NCBI GenBank assembly: GCA_034521815.1
Contig: JAXHLW010000013.1
Coordinates: 1,440,001 to 1,504,000 of the forward strand
Source of the DNA: Trueperaceae bacterium
GTDB taxonomy: Bacteria; Deinococcota; Deinococci; Deinococcales; Trueperaceae
DNA length: 64,000 nucleotides
Reading direction: 5' to 3'
Of the stretch, positions 1 to 11,800 are shown piece after piece. The notes under the pieces were generated by a model. That model saw only the letters and a program-made list of their open reading frames with translations. It did not search any database and had not been told where the DNA came from. Both the position numbers and the translations under genes were made by a program. How positions within the stretch are numbered: position 1 is the first letter of the stretch; each line of letters begins with the position of its first letter.

Positions 1-516
1 GACGGGCGTGTCGACGTCGGCGACGGTGTCGAACGCGTCACCGAAGGTGACGGCGCCGAGCCGAACGTCGAGCCCCGCTCCGTCGAGGTGATCGGCGAAG
101 GCGATGATCGAGTCCTGGACGCTATCCAGACCGGATCCCATGCTGAACGTCGTGTCGAACACGAACACGACGTCGGCCGCCGCGCGCACCTCGCCGCCGA
201 TGCGCTCGACGGTGATGCCCTTGACCGTGCCGGCCTCGACGACGGTGAAGGCGCTTGCGGGCAGCTCGGCGAGCTGGGCGACGCTGAGCGAGCCGGTCTC
301 GGGTTCGGTGAAGCCGGCGACGTTGATCTCCATCAGGTCGCCGCCCTCGTCGCTGGGTCCGATCGACCCGGACGTGGCGACGGTCGGATCCGTGATCGGA
401 TCGGGCGGCGGGGTGCCGGGGTCGGCGTACGGGTCGCTGCCGCCACCCTCGCTGGTACAGGCGGCGGCGAGCACCGCGACGACGAGGATAGAGAGGAGTT
501 TCGCTACGGGTTTCAT
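1..516 (-). CDS. vWA-domain lipoprotein (N-terminal part; runs off the window start)
   Basis: Manual translation, not in the ORF track: ATG at 516 after GGAGG; MKPVAKLLSILVVAVLAAAC lipobox; DVVFVFDTTFSM (MIDAS-like) and VRLGAVTFGD typical of vWA. Confidence 0.8.
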   Translation of the reverse strand, partial: MKPVAKLLSILVVAVLAAACTSEGGGSDPYADPGTPPPDPITDPTVATSGSIGPSDEGGDLMEINVAGFTEPETGSLSVAQLAELPASAFTVVEAGTVKGITVERIGGEVRAAADVVFVFDTTFSMGSGLDSVQDSIIAFADHLDGAGLDVRLGAVTFGDAFDTVADVDTPV

Positions 517-898
517 GGGGACCTCCCGGGTTCGAGGACGTTGCGCGAGAAGACGGATCCGATACGTGGACCACGGTCGACGACGCGGCGTGTACGCCCG
601 TGCCCGAAGCACGATGCGCGCCCGAGGGGCGGTCGTCGATTACCTTCCCAACGCGGTCGCAGACCGTAACGAAGAACGATCGGGCGCGACGTACACGGGT
701 GACACACTCGAGTGTCCCGCGATGCTGTCGCCGTTCTGCCTTCCGCCAGGCGGTACGGCTGCGCCCCTGCCGAGCCCTCCATTGGCCGCGCCCTTCGGCT
801 AGGCGCCGCCGTCCCGTGCGTCGCCACGCGCCGTCCCCTAGGGGGCCGAGCGGAACGCCAACGCGCGATACACGCCGTGAGCGTGGGAGCGGTTCGCG

Positions 899-927
899 TT
901 GACCCCCCTCCCCCTCCCTGCTAGACT
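899..927 (+). promoter_or_regulatory. sigma70-type promoter of tRNA-Ser
   Basis: TTGACC-N17-TAGACT with extended -10 TG, about 20 nt upstream of the tRNA. Confidence 0.7.
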
Positions 928-948
928 CCCCGTTGCCGCTGACGTCCT

Positions 949-1039
949 GGAGGGGTGTCCGAGTGGTTGAAGGAGCGCGCCTGGAAAGCGCGTATACGGG
1001 TCTCCCGTATCGAGGGTTCGAATCCCTCTCCCTCCGCCA
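949..1039 (+). tRNA. tRNA-Ser(GGA)
   Basis: Cloverleaf: acceptor GGAGGGG/CCCTCC, anticodon arm CGCGC-CTGGAAA-GCGCG, long variable arm, GGTTCGAATCC T-loop, CCA end. Confidence 0.97.
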
Positions 1040-1052
1040 GCGACGCAAGAAT

Positions 1053-1076
1053 CGCCCCGCATCGACTGCGGGGGCG
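1053..1076 (+). terminator. GC hairpin after tRNA-Ser
   Basis: CGCCCCGCA-TCGAC-TGCGGGGGCG. Confidence 0.55.
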
Positions 1077-1949
1077 GCTCTCTGTGGGGCGGTTGACAAC
1101 AGTTTGACAACAACGGGATCCGCCGGAAGGGGTAAGTGGTGACGGTCGAGGGCCTGCTGACCAGGTGCCGCTTCGCTTTAGGTTGGCCGGAAGAACCACG
1201 GCTTCATCGATGGCATCAAGCGGACGGCCCCGGATCCCCGCCGAGGAGACCCTGTCCTGGAAATGGATACGAGCCGAACTGGACACAAGAGTCGCGCGTG
1301 CTTGCAATCGAGCCTCGAGTGGTGCGGGCTGTCCCCGACCAAGAGGGACTCCGCCATGCGCTGGCGTTCGGCTACGGCTTCGATCCCGCAGAAGCATCGC
1401 ATTCCCTGAGCGACGTATTGGCATGTTCCGCTGACGCGGCTGACTCGCTGAGGCGCAATAGCTCCGTGACGTCGACGGCTGCGGCGGCGCGTTCGTGTTC
1501 GCAAGCCTGCCTCGCCTACACCGCGAGGCGGGCGCCTACCTCCACTGGTGCTGGCGGGGCCGGCCCGCCCTCTGTGGGAGGCCCGTAACGCGGGCAGCGC
1601 ACGAGTCGACACGGCTGATCTGCGTATCCGGAAGCAGATGCCGAGCGTGCTCGACGCGTCGAGCCACATGCAGGGCGTGTCACGCCGCGTTCCGAAGCAG
1701 AAGCCGAATCCGTCGACCAAGACGCGCGACCGCCGCGCAATCGCGATCGTTGCGCGACGAGAGCGACCGGGCGCTCCGTACTCGGTGCGTTGGGACATTC
1801 GTCCGGAACAACGGACGTACATTCATCTCGATCGTTCACCGTTCAGTCGGGGAGACATTCCGGAGCGATGACCCCGCGTGCTCGAATCTGGGCGCTTGAG
1901 CCGGGGCGAGCGTAGTAGCGCAACCCACGGAAAGCGGGTCGATATTCCC

Positions 1950-3348
1950 ATGACGCCGATCGATCGTCGCCGGTTCCTCCGACTGATGGCAGGCACCGTC
2001 GGTGGCACCCTCGTGAGCTCCAGCCTGGTGGGCTGCGGCATCGGTACGGAGCCGCCCGGCGGCGACGGGCCGTTCCCGGTCCTGCCCAGCGGCTACCGTT
2101 TCTATCGCGTGAAGACGACCGGCGAGACGCTGGGCGCAGGGTCGAGGTCGCTGACGCTGGACTACCTGTACGGCGGCGTCCACCTCGCGTCGAACGGGAT
2201 CCTCACCGTCGAGGGGCGCGACGCCGCGAGGCAGGGCGGGATCTTCCAGATGGGGCTCGACCTTGACGCCCAGCAGCCCCGCGTCGACTGGGAACGCACC
2301 GCGCTGCTGGTCGGCGACACGCTACGTGACGGCCGGGTCGTCTCGACGTACGAGTCGTACGACGTGGACGACATCGGCTCGATCGCTGCGGTACTGGAGG
2401 CGGACGGTAGCGACGCGGCGCGCCATTACGGCGGCGGCCTCTATCTGGATCGGTACCAGGGCGGGTTCGAGCCGCTACTGATCGCTGGCCAGACCTTCGC
2501 CGGCGGCGAGCTGTACGCTACCGGGATCCTTGGCGACGTCGACGTGCACACCGGGCACGACGTGCTGTTGGTAGCGCACCACGAACGCAGCAGCGAGACC
2601 GAGCACGCCCCCGTGCACAGCATCGTTCACCTGCCCGGCGCCTCGCTGAACGAGGGCGTTTCGCTGGTCACCTCCGGCGAGCTCGTCGACGGCACGGATC
2701 ACGTTCTGAGCGACATCGGACTGATCGACCTGCACGATCAGGGAGCGTACGCCTACCAGGGTCGCACCACCGCGATCGACGAGGGCGCAGGGCCTCTGGC
2801 CACAAGCGCGTTGGCGGAACGCCACGCGATCCTCACCGGAAACGTGACCGCGCCCCAGGAGACACGGCTTCTCACGAGCACGTCCAGCACCCTCCTGACG
2901 GGCGAACTGGACGGCGACGTCCACTACGGTCCACGCGTCGGACCCACCGGCCAGGTGGCCTCGATCGTCGACCTGGGCGACGAGCGTGAGGCACTTCTGC
3001 TCGACGGCGCCCAGCGTACTGCGCTCCGGCGACGCGGGCCCGCACCACGGCACCATCCTCGGCTTCGGTCCAGGGTCGATCGGCCAGGACGGCGCGCTGT
3101 ACTACATGCTGTTCTGGAGGCCGACCGGGCACACGTCGGCGCCGGTCGTGCAGTCGCTCATGGCGTTCGATGGACGTGACCACCGCACACTGCTTTCGAC
3201 GGGTCACGGCCTGGCCGACGGCGGGCCGAACGTCCGCTCGATCCTGTTCGGTACCTCGACCGAGCATGTGAACGCGCACCACCACATCGTGCTCCTGTGC
3301 GACTTCGACGACGATTCGATGTCCGTCGTGGTCGGAATGCCGGTCTGA
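1950..3348 (+). CDS. Tat-exported lipoprotein, probable beta-propeller (frameshift ~3010)
   Basis: MTPIDRRRFLRL twin-arginine signal and LVGC lipobox; ORFs 1878..3179 and 2986..3348 join; repeated beta-strand motifs. Confidence 0.7.
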
Positions 3349-3362
3349 GAGGTCGTTGGACG

Positions 3363-4536
3363 ATGTCCGATACGCTCGCTATCCGCCGAACCCTCCTCGC
3401 GACGTCCGACCCGGTCACGATCGGCGACGGGATCCCGCTCTTCCCCGAAATCGGGATGATCGACGCGGGCTTTTCGGTCGGCTCGAACCTTTGGGACACC
3501 ACCATCCACGCATCCGGCTTCACGATCGGCACGCGGGCCGCCATCACGCTCGAAGGGGGCGTGCTGGGGCCCAGCTACGGCGGACGCATGATGATCGACT
3601 CCGGGTCGATCGATCCGACCTCGGGGACCATGGCGCTGACCGTGCTGGACGACGAGTACCTCGCCGGAATGGTGATCGGGGTGGTTGGCCGCCTGGAGTT
3701 CCACGTCGACATCCGCACCCGCTGGGGTCACTTCGTACGGCATGGATGGCACGTCAAGTGGGAGTCGTACTGGAAGACGTGGCTGAACAAGACGACCGGC
3801 GCCGAGTTCGACCTGATCCCGCTGGTGATCAACCTGACGCTGCTGGTCGCCAGCAAGATCCCCGCGCTGAAGAAGATCGTCGCCTTCATTCCACGTGGCC
3901 TGCTGGACGGATTGCGCGACCGAAAGGCCGGGGCGGACGCTCTGATGGCGGGCGGCGGGACAGCGACGATGACCCCGCACATGGTCGGACGTCTGGACAT
4001 GGTTCAGATCGGCAAGGTCCTCGCCGAAGACCGCGCCCGAGGTCATCCAACCCGAAGTGGCTCCGGCGGTCGAGTTCGCGTCCGAGGTCGACGACCTCTC
4101 CAAGGAGGTCAAGCCGATCGTCAAGACCGGTCCGATCTTCGGACTGGACTTTCCGGTGAAGGTCACGATGAAGCGCCTGGTCGCGATCGGCGCGGACGGC
4201 ACCGCGGCCCGCTTCGGCGATCTCTCCTTCGGCCCCGACGCCGCCGACGTCTCGGGAACGATCATGGCGGGCGACACGCTGCCCAGCGACGTCGCGGACG
4301 TCGGCGTCGAGATGACCCACGTCACCGGATTGGACCTCACCGTCGGCTGGTTCATCGCGGTTCAGTGGTCGAAGCTGTTCAAGAAGTCCAAGTCGAAGGA
4401 CGAGCGGCTGCTGTCGAGCCTGGGGATCGATCCCACCTTCCTGTCGACCGAGTACAACTACCGCTACGCCAACGCCAACGGCGCGACCGGCGACGGGGGC
4501 GTGTCGCTGCACTACCTGGGCGAGTGGGAAGCGTGA
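3363..4536 (+). CDS. hypothetical beta-rich protein (frameshift ~4030)
   Basis: Protein-like sequence from MSDTLAIRR joined to the 4057..4536 frame; stop overlaps the next start (GTGA). Confidence 0.65.
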
Positions 4537-5800
4537 CCCACGCGGCGGCCGCGAGCACGCCGACGGATCGCGTGAACGTCGTGATCCGGACGGGCGACGA
4601 CCTCGCGGCCGCCCTTCGCCATCCCGAGCCTCGCGTCCGCGTCGCGGTGCTGCGCGACGTCGCCTCCGATCCGGAGCGCCTGGCGCGCTACGGCGGGGCG
4701 GCCGGTCGCGACCTGGTCGGCGAGCTCCTGCTCCTCTGCCGCGAGTCGGCGGGCAGCGCCGACCGGGTCGGGTACGCGTACGCGCTGCTGCAGCTGGACG
4801 ATCCGCGCGTGACGACCTTCGCGAAGCACGAGTTCGTGCACGGCGACCACGCCAAGCTGGCGCTGGTCGCCGCCGCCCGGCTGGCCACGCTGCCCGCCCA
4901 CGAGCGTGTCGCGACACTGGCCCCCGTGATCACCGGCCGGTACGGCCCCACGCGACAGCGCGGAGCCGCCAACCTTTTGGCCGACGTTCCCGATCTCGAA
5001 CCGGCCGTCGCGCTGCGCGTCGCCCTGCTGACCGACCATCCGGTCGCGCCGCCTCCCCTGACCACGAGTACGTTGGGTGCGTGGCTGACCGAGCTCGACG
5101 GCGACAGGCCCGCCGGCGCGCGCGCCGCCCTGCGCAGAGGCGGCCCCACGGGCCTCCTGACCCTGCTGCGGCATTGGGAGACGCTGCCGGAGACGCTGCG
5201 AGCGTGGACGCTCCGGTGGGCGGACGAAGGCGCTCAGCAGCGACGCCGAGCCGCGGACCGAGCTGGATCGTCTCGTCGTTCCCGCGCTCGTCGCTGCGCT
5301 GACCTCGTTCGGTGACGCCCTGCCTGGTCGATGCGATGCGCCTCGCCGGCAAGCTGCTTCGGGACGACACGACGGGCTCACGGCTCGACCTGACGCGCGC
5401 CGTCCGCGCGCTGGACCGGCATCCCGACGACGTGGTCCGTGGCCTGGCGCTGACCACCGGGGACGGCGCCCCGGACCCGCTGGACGCGCTGAACACCGAG
5501 ACGGCCGAGGCGGTGCGGCTGCGCCTATTCGGGCGGTTGCAGTCCGATCCCAGGCCCGAGGCTCAGGAGCGACTCGAAGCCGCGCTTCGGGACGGCGGCT
5601 GGAGGATCCGTGTGATCGCGGCGTCGGCGCTGGCTTGGCAGGTCCGCGCTTCCGAGGCGGACGCCGCGGCACCGGGCGCGTGGCGCGGCGCGCTGGACGT
5701 GCTGCGGGCGGCGTTCGCCGGCCAGCACGAACACGCCCGTATCGCAGCCGGACGAGCCCTGTTCGGAGCTCGACGACCGAAAAGGCCTCGAGGCAGGATC
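4533..5800 (+). CDS. HEAT-like repeat protein (frameshifted; 3' end approximate)
   Basis: LAAALRHPEPRVRVAVL, ALRDGGWRIRVIAASAL and HARIAAGRAL HEAT-like motifs. Confidence 0.6.
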
Positions 5801-5857
5801 GTGGCCCAGCACGCAATATGGCTCGCGGCCAAATGGCCCGTATTCAGGAGGCAAGAC

Positions 5858-8800
5858 ATGACGAGAGCGACTGTTGTTGACCTTTGTGGCGATCGCGGGA
5901 TTGCTCGCGGCCTGCTCGAGCCCAGATTCGGGTTCGAACGCCACCATTCCAGACCCGGACGCATCCACGATCGCGGGGCCGGCTTCGAACGAAGCAACGA
6001 TGGGCCAGGCCTTCACGGTTTCTGCCCAAGCACGCGACGCTTTGGGGACCCGGTCCGCGAAGCCGGCCGATCCGTGACGTTCGTCGCGTCGTCCGGAGTC
6101 GTGAGCGAGGACGATACGCAATCCGGCGCGGGGTCCACGTTGACCGTGTTTACCAACGCTGAGGGCGTCGCTACGGTCGTCGTCACGCCGACGGAGCTCG
6201 GCGCGATGACCGTCACCGCGTATTTCGGTTCCGACGCGTCGGGTGAGCCTCTCGGATCGATCGAGGTCGAGATCGAGGCGCACACCGCCGATCCTGGGGA
6301 AGTCCCAGCTGGAGGGACCGTCGCCCGATTCGTCGGTATCGGTCGATGCTCCCGTTCGACGTGTCGGTCCAGTTGCGCGACGAGGACGGCGAAGTGCTTG
6401 CGGAGGCCGGGCGTTCCGTGACGTTCGCCACCACGCTTCCTGCTGGTATCGCGGTGTTGGACACGTCCGGCTCGTACGCTTCGGAAGAAACCGTGGAAAC
6501 CGACGAAGAGGGCGTAGCGCGCGCCCGCATCACCCCGCTGGAAGTCGGCACCATCCGCGTGCACGCGTTCATCGGTACCGGGACCGAACCGGAGAACGAG
6601 ATCGGACGCATCACGCTGTATGCTGCAGCGTCGGTCGTGGAGATTCTCAGCGAGCAGTTGCTGCGAACCTACGACGGGACAGCGCACGAGATCGTGCCTC
6701 GATTCAAGCCCACCGTCCGCCGAAGAGGGGTCCGACATCGAGTACGCCCTTGACGGGGACGTGCTGGACGGACCGCCGATCGCTGCCGGAAGCTACGACG
6801 TGACCGTGACGGCCGGTGCCGGCTTCGATGTCACCGTGACGCGCACGTTGGTCGTCGAGCCGCGCGATCTGGGAGTCACGAACGTCCAATGGGCCGATCG
6901 AACCTACGACGGCACGACCGACGCCATCGCAACCGATGCCGGCCTCGATCCGTCCAACCTCGTCGATGGAGACGACGTTGCGCTCACCACGCCTCTCGTG
7001 GGCGCGTTCGCTGCGAGCGACGTAGGCGATCACGCCGTCTCCGCCAGCTTCGAGCTCGAGGGAGATGACGCGAGCAACTACGCGCTGGTGGCGCCTGCGG
7101 CCGGGAGCGCGACGATCACGGCTAGGCAGCTCACGCTGGCGGACGCGACCGTCGAAACGCGCATCTACGACGCGACCGACGTCGCGACCGTCAACGGAAC
7201 CCTGCAGGGCGTTGTTAATGGCGACGACGTCGCTGCCGAGGGTAGCTTCGAGGACGTCGATGCCGGCACGGACGTTCCCGTGTCGACCACGCTCACGGGA
7301 CCCGATGCGGGAAACTACGTTCTCAGCAGGCTGCAGGCCTGGTCGGGACGATCCAGCCCGCGACGCTGACGATCACGCCGGAACCTGATCAGGTCAAGGA
7401 AATCGGTGACGCGGATCCCACGTTCACGTTCGAGGCGAGCGGCTTCGTCGGAAGCGACGACGACTCCCTGTTCAGCGGTGCCCTGTCGCGCGAAGCGGGC
7501 GCGTCGACCGGTACGTACCCCTATACGCTCGGCGACCTGGCGGCGGACCGAACTACACGCGTGTCGCTCGACGAGGATGCGCCGACGTTCCGGCATCCTC
7601 GCTGGCGTCGTCAGCGATCGAACCGGATGCCGCCCAGCAGAAGACGTACGGTGCGGAAGATCCCGCGTTCACACTCACGGCGTCCGGGTTCGTGGACGGC
7701 GATGACGTGTCGATCTTGACCGGCTCGCTGGGTCGTGAGGCAGGTCAGGACGTCGGGACGTACGCGTTCACGCTCGGTGACCTGTCGGCGGGAAGCGACT
7801 ATGTGCTCGAGCTGTCCGCGACCGCAGCGACGTTCGCGATCGAGCCGGCTCCCCTAGCCATTGCGCCCGATGCCGGACAGTCGAAGCTGGTCGGCGACGA
7901 TGATCCGACGATCACGTACGTCGCGTCCGGGTTCCAACTGGACGACGACGACGCGATCCTGTCGGGTGACCTCGGTCGCGAGGCGGGCGAGGACGTCGGT
8001 TCGTACGCTTACACGCTCGGCAGCCTCGATGCGGGAGCGAACTACGAGCTCGTTCTCGCCGACGACGAACAGTTCGAGATCACGAGCGTCACGCTCGACG
8101 ACGACACCGTCGAGTACGACGGCACGACGCACGAGCTCGAGGCGAGCTTCATGCCGCCGGAAGCCGCGGACGGCGCGACGTACGAGTACGTCGATGCGTC
8201 CAGCGGAAATCCGCTCGCCGGGTGCGCCGGGCGACGCGGGCACGTACCTCGTGACGGTCACCGCCGGTTCGGGCTACGCCGGTACTGCAACCGCCAACCT
8301 GACGATCGAGCCGCGTGACCTGAACGTCACGAACGTCGAGTTCGCCGACAAGGAGTACGACGCCGGTACCGGTGCGACGCTGAGCGCGACGCTGGTCACC
8401 ACGAACGTCGTGTCGGGCGACGACGTGCAGCTGGTCGAGCGGCTGGTCGGACGCTTCGCGTCCCCGGCCGTGGGCACCCACGAGGTCGTGGGCGACATCG
8501 AGCTCGAAGGCGCGGACGCCGGCAACTACCGCATCGATCCGCAGCCGACCGGTACGGCAGAGATCACGCTTCGCACGGTGACGCTCACGGGCGCCGCGGC
8601 CGACGACAAGACCTACGACGGGGACCCCGTAGCGACCGTCACCGGAACGCTGACCGGCGTTCGATCGGCCGACGCCAGCGACATCGGTTCGGTCGCAGCG
8701 TTCGCGGCTTCCGACGTCGATGCCGACGTGCCGGTCTCCGTCGTCCTCACCGGCGCCGCGTCCGACAACTACGCGTTCGTCGACCCGAACCTGACCGCCT

Positions 8801-11800
8801 CGATCACCGCAGCGGCCCTCCACGATCACGATCGACGATCTCGCGGACAAGACGTACGGCGACGCTCTGGCGCTCGGTACGACCGAGACCGGCTTCACCG
8901 GTCACGAACCTGGCGGACGGCGAAACCGTCGACCTCGGTCGACCTGGCCAGCGACGCCGAAGCGGCAGAGGCGGGCGTCGGTACGTACGACGTGACCGGC
9001 TCGAACCCCGTCGGCAGCGGCGGCTTCGTCAGCGACCAACTACGACCTGACCTGGGTAGCCGGCACGACTCGAGGTCGTGGCGCGCCCCGTCACGATCAC
9101 CGCAGCCACGACCACGTGGACGTACGGCCACGCGCCCGAAGCGGGCGACCTGGCGCCGATCGTCGCGGCCGACAGCGACCCTTCCGGCGTTCGCCACCTT
9201 CACGGGCGACCTCGCACGACCGAACGACAACGCCGGAGCCGACGCGACCTTCGAGCGTGGCACGGTCGACGCCCTCGACATCAGCTCGACCTCGATCTGG
9301 ACGAACCTCGACGTGACGTTCGCGACGTACGTGGTCGAGGCGCGTGTCTTCGACCATCACGATCGACGATCTCGCGCGACAAGACGTACGGGCGACGCTC
9401 TGGCGCTCGCGTACGACCGAGACCGGCTTCACCGTCACGAACCTGGCGGACGGCGAAACCGTGACCTCGGTCGACCTGGCCAGCGACGCCGAAGCGGCAG
9501 AGGCGGGCGTCGGTACGTACGACGTGACCGGCTCGAACCCCGTCGGCAGCGGCGGCTTCGCAGCCACCAACTACGACCTGACATGGGCGGCCGGCGCGAT
9601 CGACGTGCTCGCCCGCGACCTGACGATCGGCGGTCAGCTTCGCCGTCGTCGAGAAGGCGTACGACGGCGGTACCTCGGCGCGACATCGCCGACCCCGCGA
9701 CGCTCGACCTCCTGAACACGGTCGACGGCGACGACGTCGCGCTCCAGCCCGTCGCCGCGTTCGACAACCCTGCGGTCGGTACCGACAAGCCCGTCACGCT
9801 CACCAGCGCGACCGGACTGGCGGGTACCGACGCCGACAACTACGCGCTGTCCCTCGATCGGCGCCCCGACGTCGATCGGCACGATCGTGAAGGACCAGAT
9901 CTCCTTCGACGTCACCATCGCCGGAACGGATGGACAGAAGACCGTCGTGTACGACGGTGGCACCACCTTCCAGCCCAACGTCGTCAGCAGCGTCGAACCC
10001 GTCCCGTCCAGCGATCCGGTCGCCTTCGTCCTCGAAATTCGCTACGGCGACGTCACCGGCCCGAGCCGCAGTTCGTTCGGTCCCGTCGGAACCTACTGGA
10101 TCCGCGTCACCGCGGACGATCCCCGCTACGAAGGCCAGACGATCATCGAGGACGTCGAGGTCCTGGCGCGCGAACTCGTGCTCGAGCCCACCGTGTCCGA
10201 ACGGATCTTCGGCGAACCGGATCCGGATCTCGCACCGCTCGTGGCCGGTAGTTCTCCGTTCGGCCTCGGAAGCGACGACGACTTCTCGGCCGGCGACGAC
10301 CTGAGCTACGCAGGCGCCGGCAACACGGAACTCGCGGTCGGCTCGTACCCGGTCGACCTGGGCGACGTCACCATCGTGCGCGGCGGCATCGACGTCACCA
10401 GCAACTACGCGATCACCTTCGCGACCGACTTCGAGGTCACCGCCCGCACGGTCACGATCACGCCCGACGCGGATCAGGCCAAGACCTACGGGGACGACGA
10501 CCCGATCTTCGGGTACGACGCCGCCAACCTGGTGGGTACCGACGCCGTCACCGGCGCCCTCGGACGCGACGTCGGCGAAGACGTCGGCAGTTACGCCTTC
10601 ACCCTCGGCGACCTGAGCGCGGGCAGCAATTACGAGCTGGTGCTCGCGAGCCGATCCAGCGACGTTCGCCGTCCAGGCTACGCCCGCTCACGCTTCACCG
10701 CCGCGACCACCGCGATGGTCTACGGGAGCGAAGGACACGACCTCACGGCGTCCATCGCAACGCGGCACGCTGCGGGAAGGCGACGTCGTCGACCGGTGCA
10801 CTCGACCTGCCCGAGACCGACGTCGGCACGCACGACTTCGGAGTCGGCACCGCCGCCCTCATGCGCGACGACGTCGACGTGACCGCAAACTACGACCTGT
10901 CCTTCGCCAGCTACGAGATCACCGCCCGCCCGGCCACCGTGGTTCCAGGCGCCGAGCAGGGCAAGGTCTACGGCGACGACGACCCGAGCCTCACCTTCAC
11001 GACCGAGAACCTGGTCGGCGAGGACGCGCTCGACGGCGACATGGGCCGCGACGACGGCGAAGACGTGGGCAGCTACGCCTTCACGCTCGGCACGCTCGCG
11101 AACCCGAACTACGATCTGTCGCTCGTTGCCGAACCGACCACGTTCGAGATCGAGCGCACGACCGCTGGAGCTTCACGCCGCCGAGGGTCAGAAGGAGTAC
11201 AGCGACGCGGATCCCGACCTGACGCCCGTCGATCGCTTCCGGCTCCCTCCGGGACGGCGACGCGCTCGACGGAGCGTTGGCGCACGACGGCGTGGACGCA
11301 GGAAGCGACTACCCGCTGAACCTCGGTTCGGTCGAGATCCTTCGCGACACCGTGAACGTGACCGGCAACTACACGCTCACCTTCGGAACGTTCACGATCG
11401 TGCCGAAGCCCGTGGTGTTCGACATCGCCAACAGCGACTTCGTCATCGACGACGGTGCTGCCTCGGCGCACGTGTTCCAGAGCGACGGATCGAGCGAGAT
11501 CCGCGGCCTCGAGGTCGACTCCGATCCGGCCGGCGTGAACTCGTTCGTCTTCAGCTACCGCCGCACCCACGACGAGAATCACGACCCCGTCCCCAGCGGA
11601 CAGCAGACCGTGCAGAACATCAACCTGCTGGGCAGCTACGTCGTCACCGTGACGGCCACCGATCCGAACTACGACGGCTCCGACGCCGATCGACGTGTGG
11701 GTGACCGATGCGAGCCAACTGGCGTTCACCGACGCCAGCGCCGACGAAGCGATCCTCGGCTTCGACGCGCCGCTCACGATCGAACTCCGCAACGCCTCCG

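Noticed and set aside
1120-1940. Coding genes or a structured RNA between tRNA-Ser and the Tat lipoprotein
   Set aside because: The ORFs lack protein-like composition or motifs, and I recognise no riboswitch or ncRNA pattern
5312-6421. HEAT protein-adhesin fusion ORF
   Set aside because: The ORF track stitches frames across indels; an internal RBS with ATG at 5858 and a lipobox indicate a separate gene
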